A stretch of 64,000 nucleotides of DNA from the human T2T-CHM13v2.0 reference genome, Homo sapiens. The position numbers were made by a program, and so were the translations under genes. Positions 62,810 to 64,000 of this stretch are shown here, piece after piece (the first letter of the stretch is position 1; each line of letters opens with the position of its first letter). The notes under the pieces are model-generated. The model was not told where the DNA came from. It saw only the letters and a program-made list of their open reading frames with translations, and did not search any database. The stretch lies in NCBI RefSeq assembly GCF_009914755.1, contig NC_060934.1. The stretch is one strand, 5' to 3'.

Positions 62810-64000
<1,191 letters not shown>

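Overview
Mammalian (human-type) genomic DNA that I recognise as 10q26.3. It runs from the last six coding exons of the scavenger receptor gene SCART1 (+, 2880-6242) across about 56 kb of repeat-dense intergenic DNA to the promoter, exon 1 and intron 1 of CYP2E1 (+, ATG 62982). The intergenic part holds an internally deleted olfactory receptor pseudogene, several VNTRs, old and young L1s (two with 5' inversions), Alus, solo LTRs and a nested ERV-L/MaLR complex. The most notable observations are five. (1) A three-LTR HERV-L/THE1 chimera joined exactly at the primer-binding site. (2) A 7-bp duplication frameshift in a SCART1 SRCR exon that a donor 19 nt upstream of the ancestral one would rescue. 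(3) U7 and U2 snRNA fragments in tandem inside one apparent target-site duplication. (4) Two 41-46 bp patches apparently copied into old L1s from 2-3 kb away. (5) A CpG-island promoter 7 kb upstream of CYP2E1 with a matching acceptor at exon 1. I found no convincing new protein-coding system. Repeat family names come from recalled consensus sequences, not from a database search.
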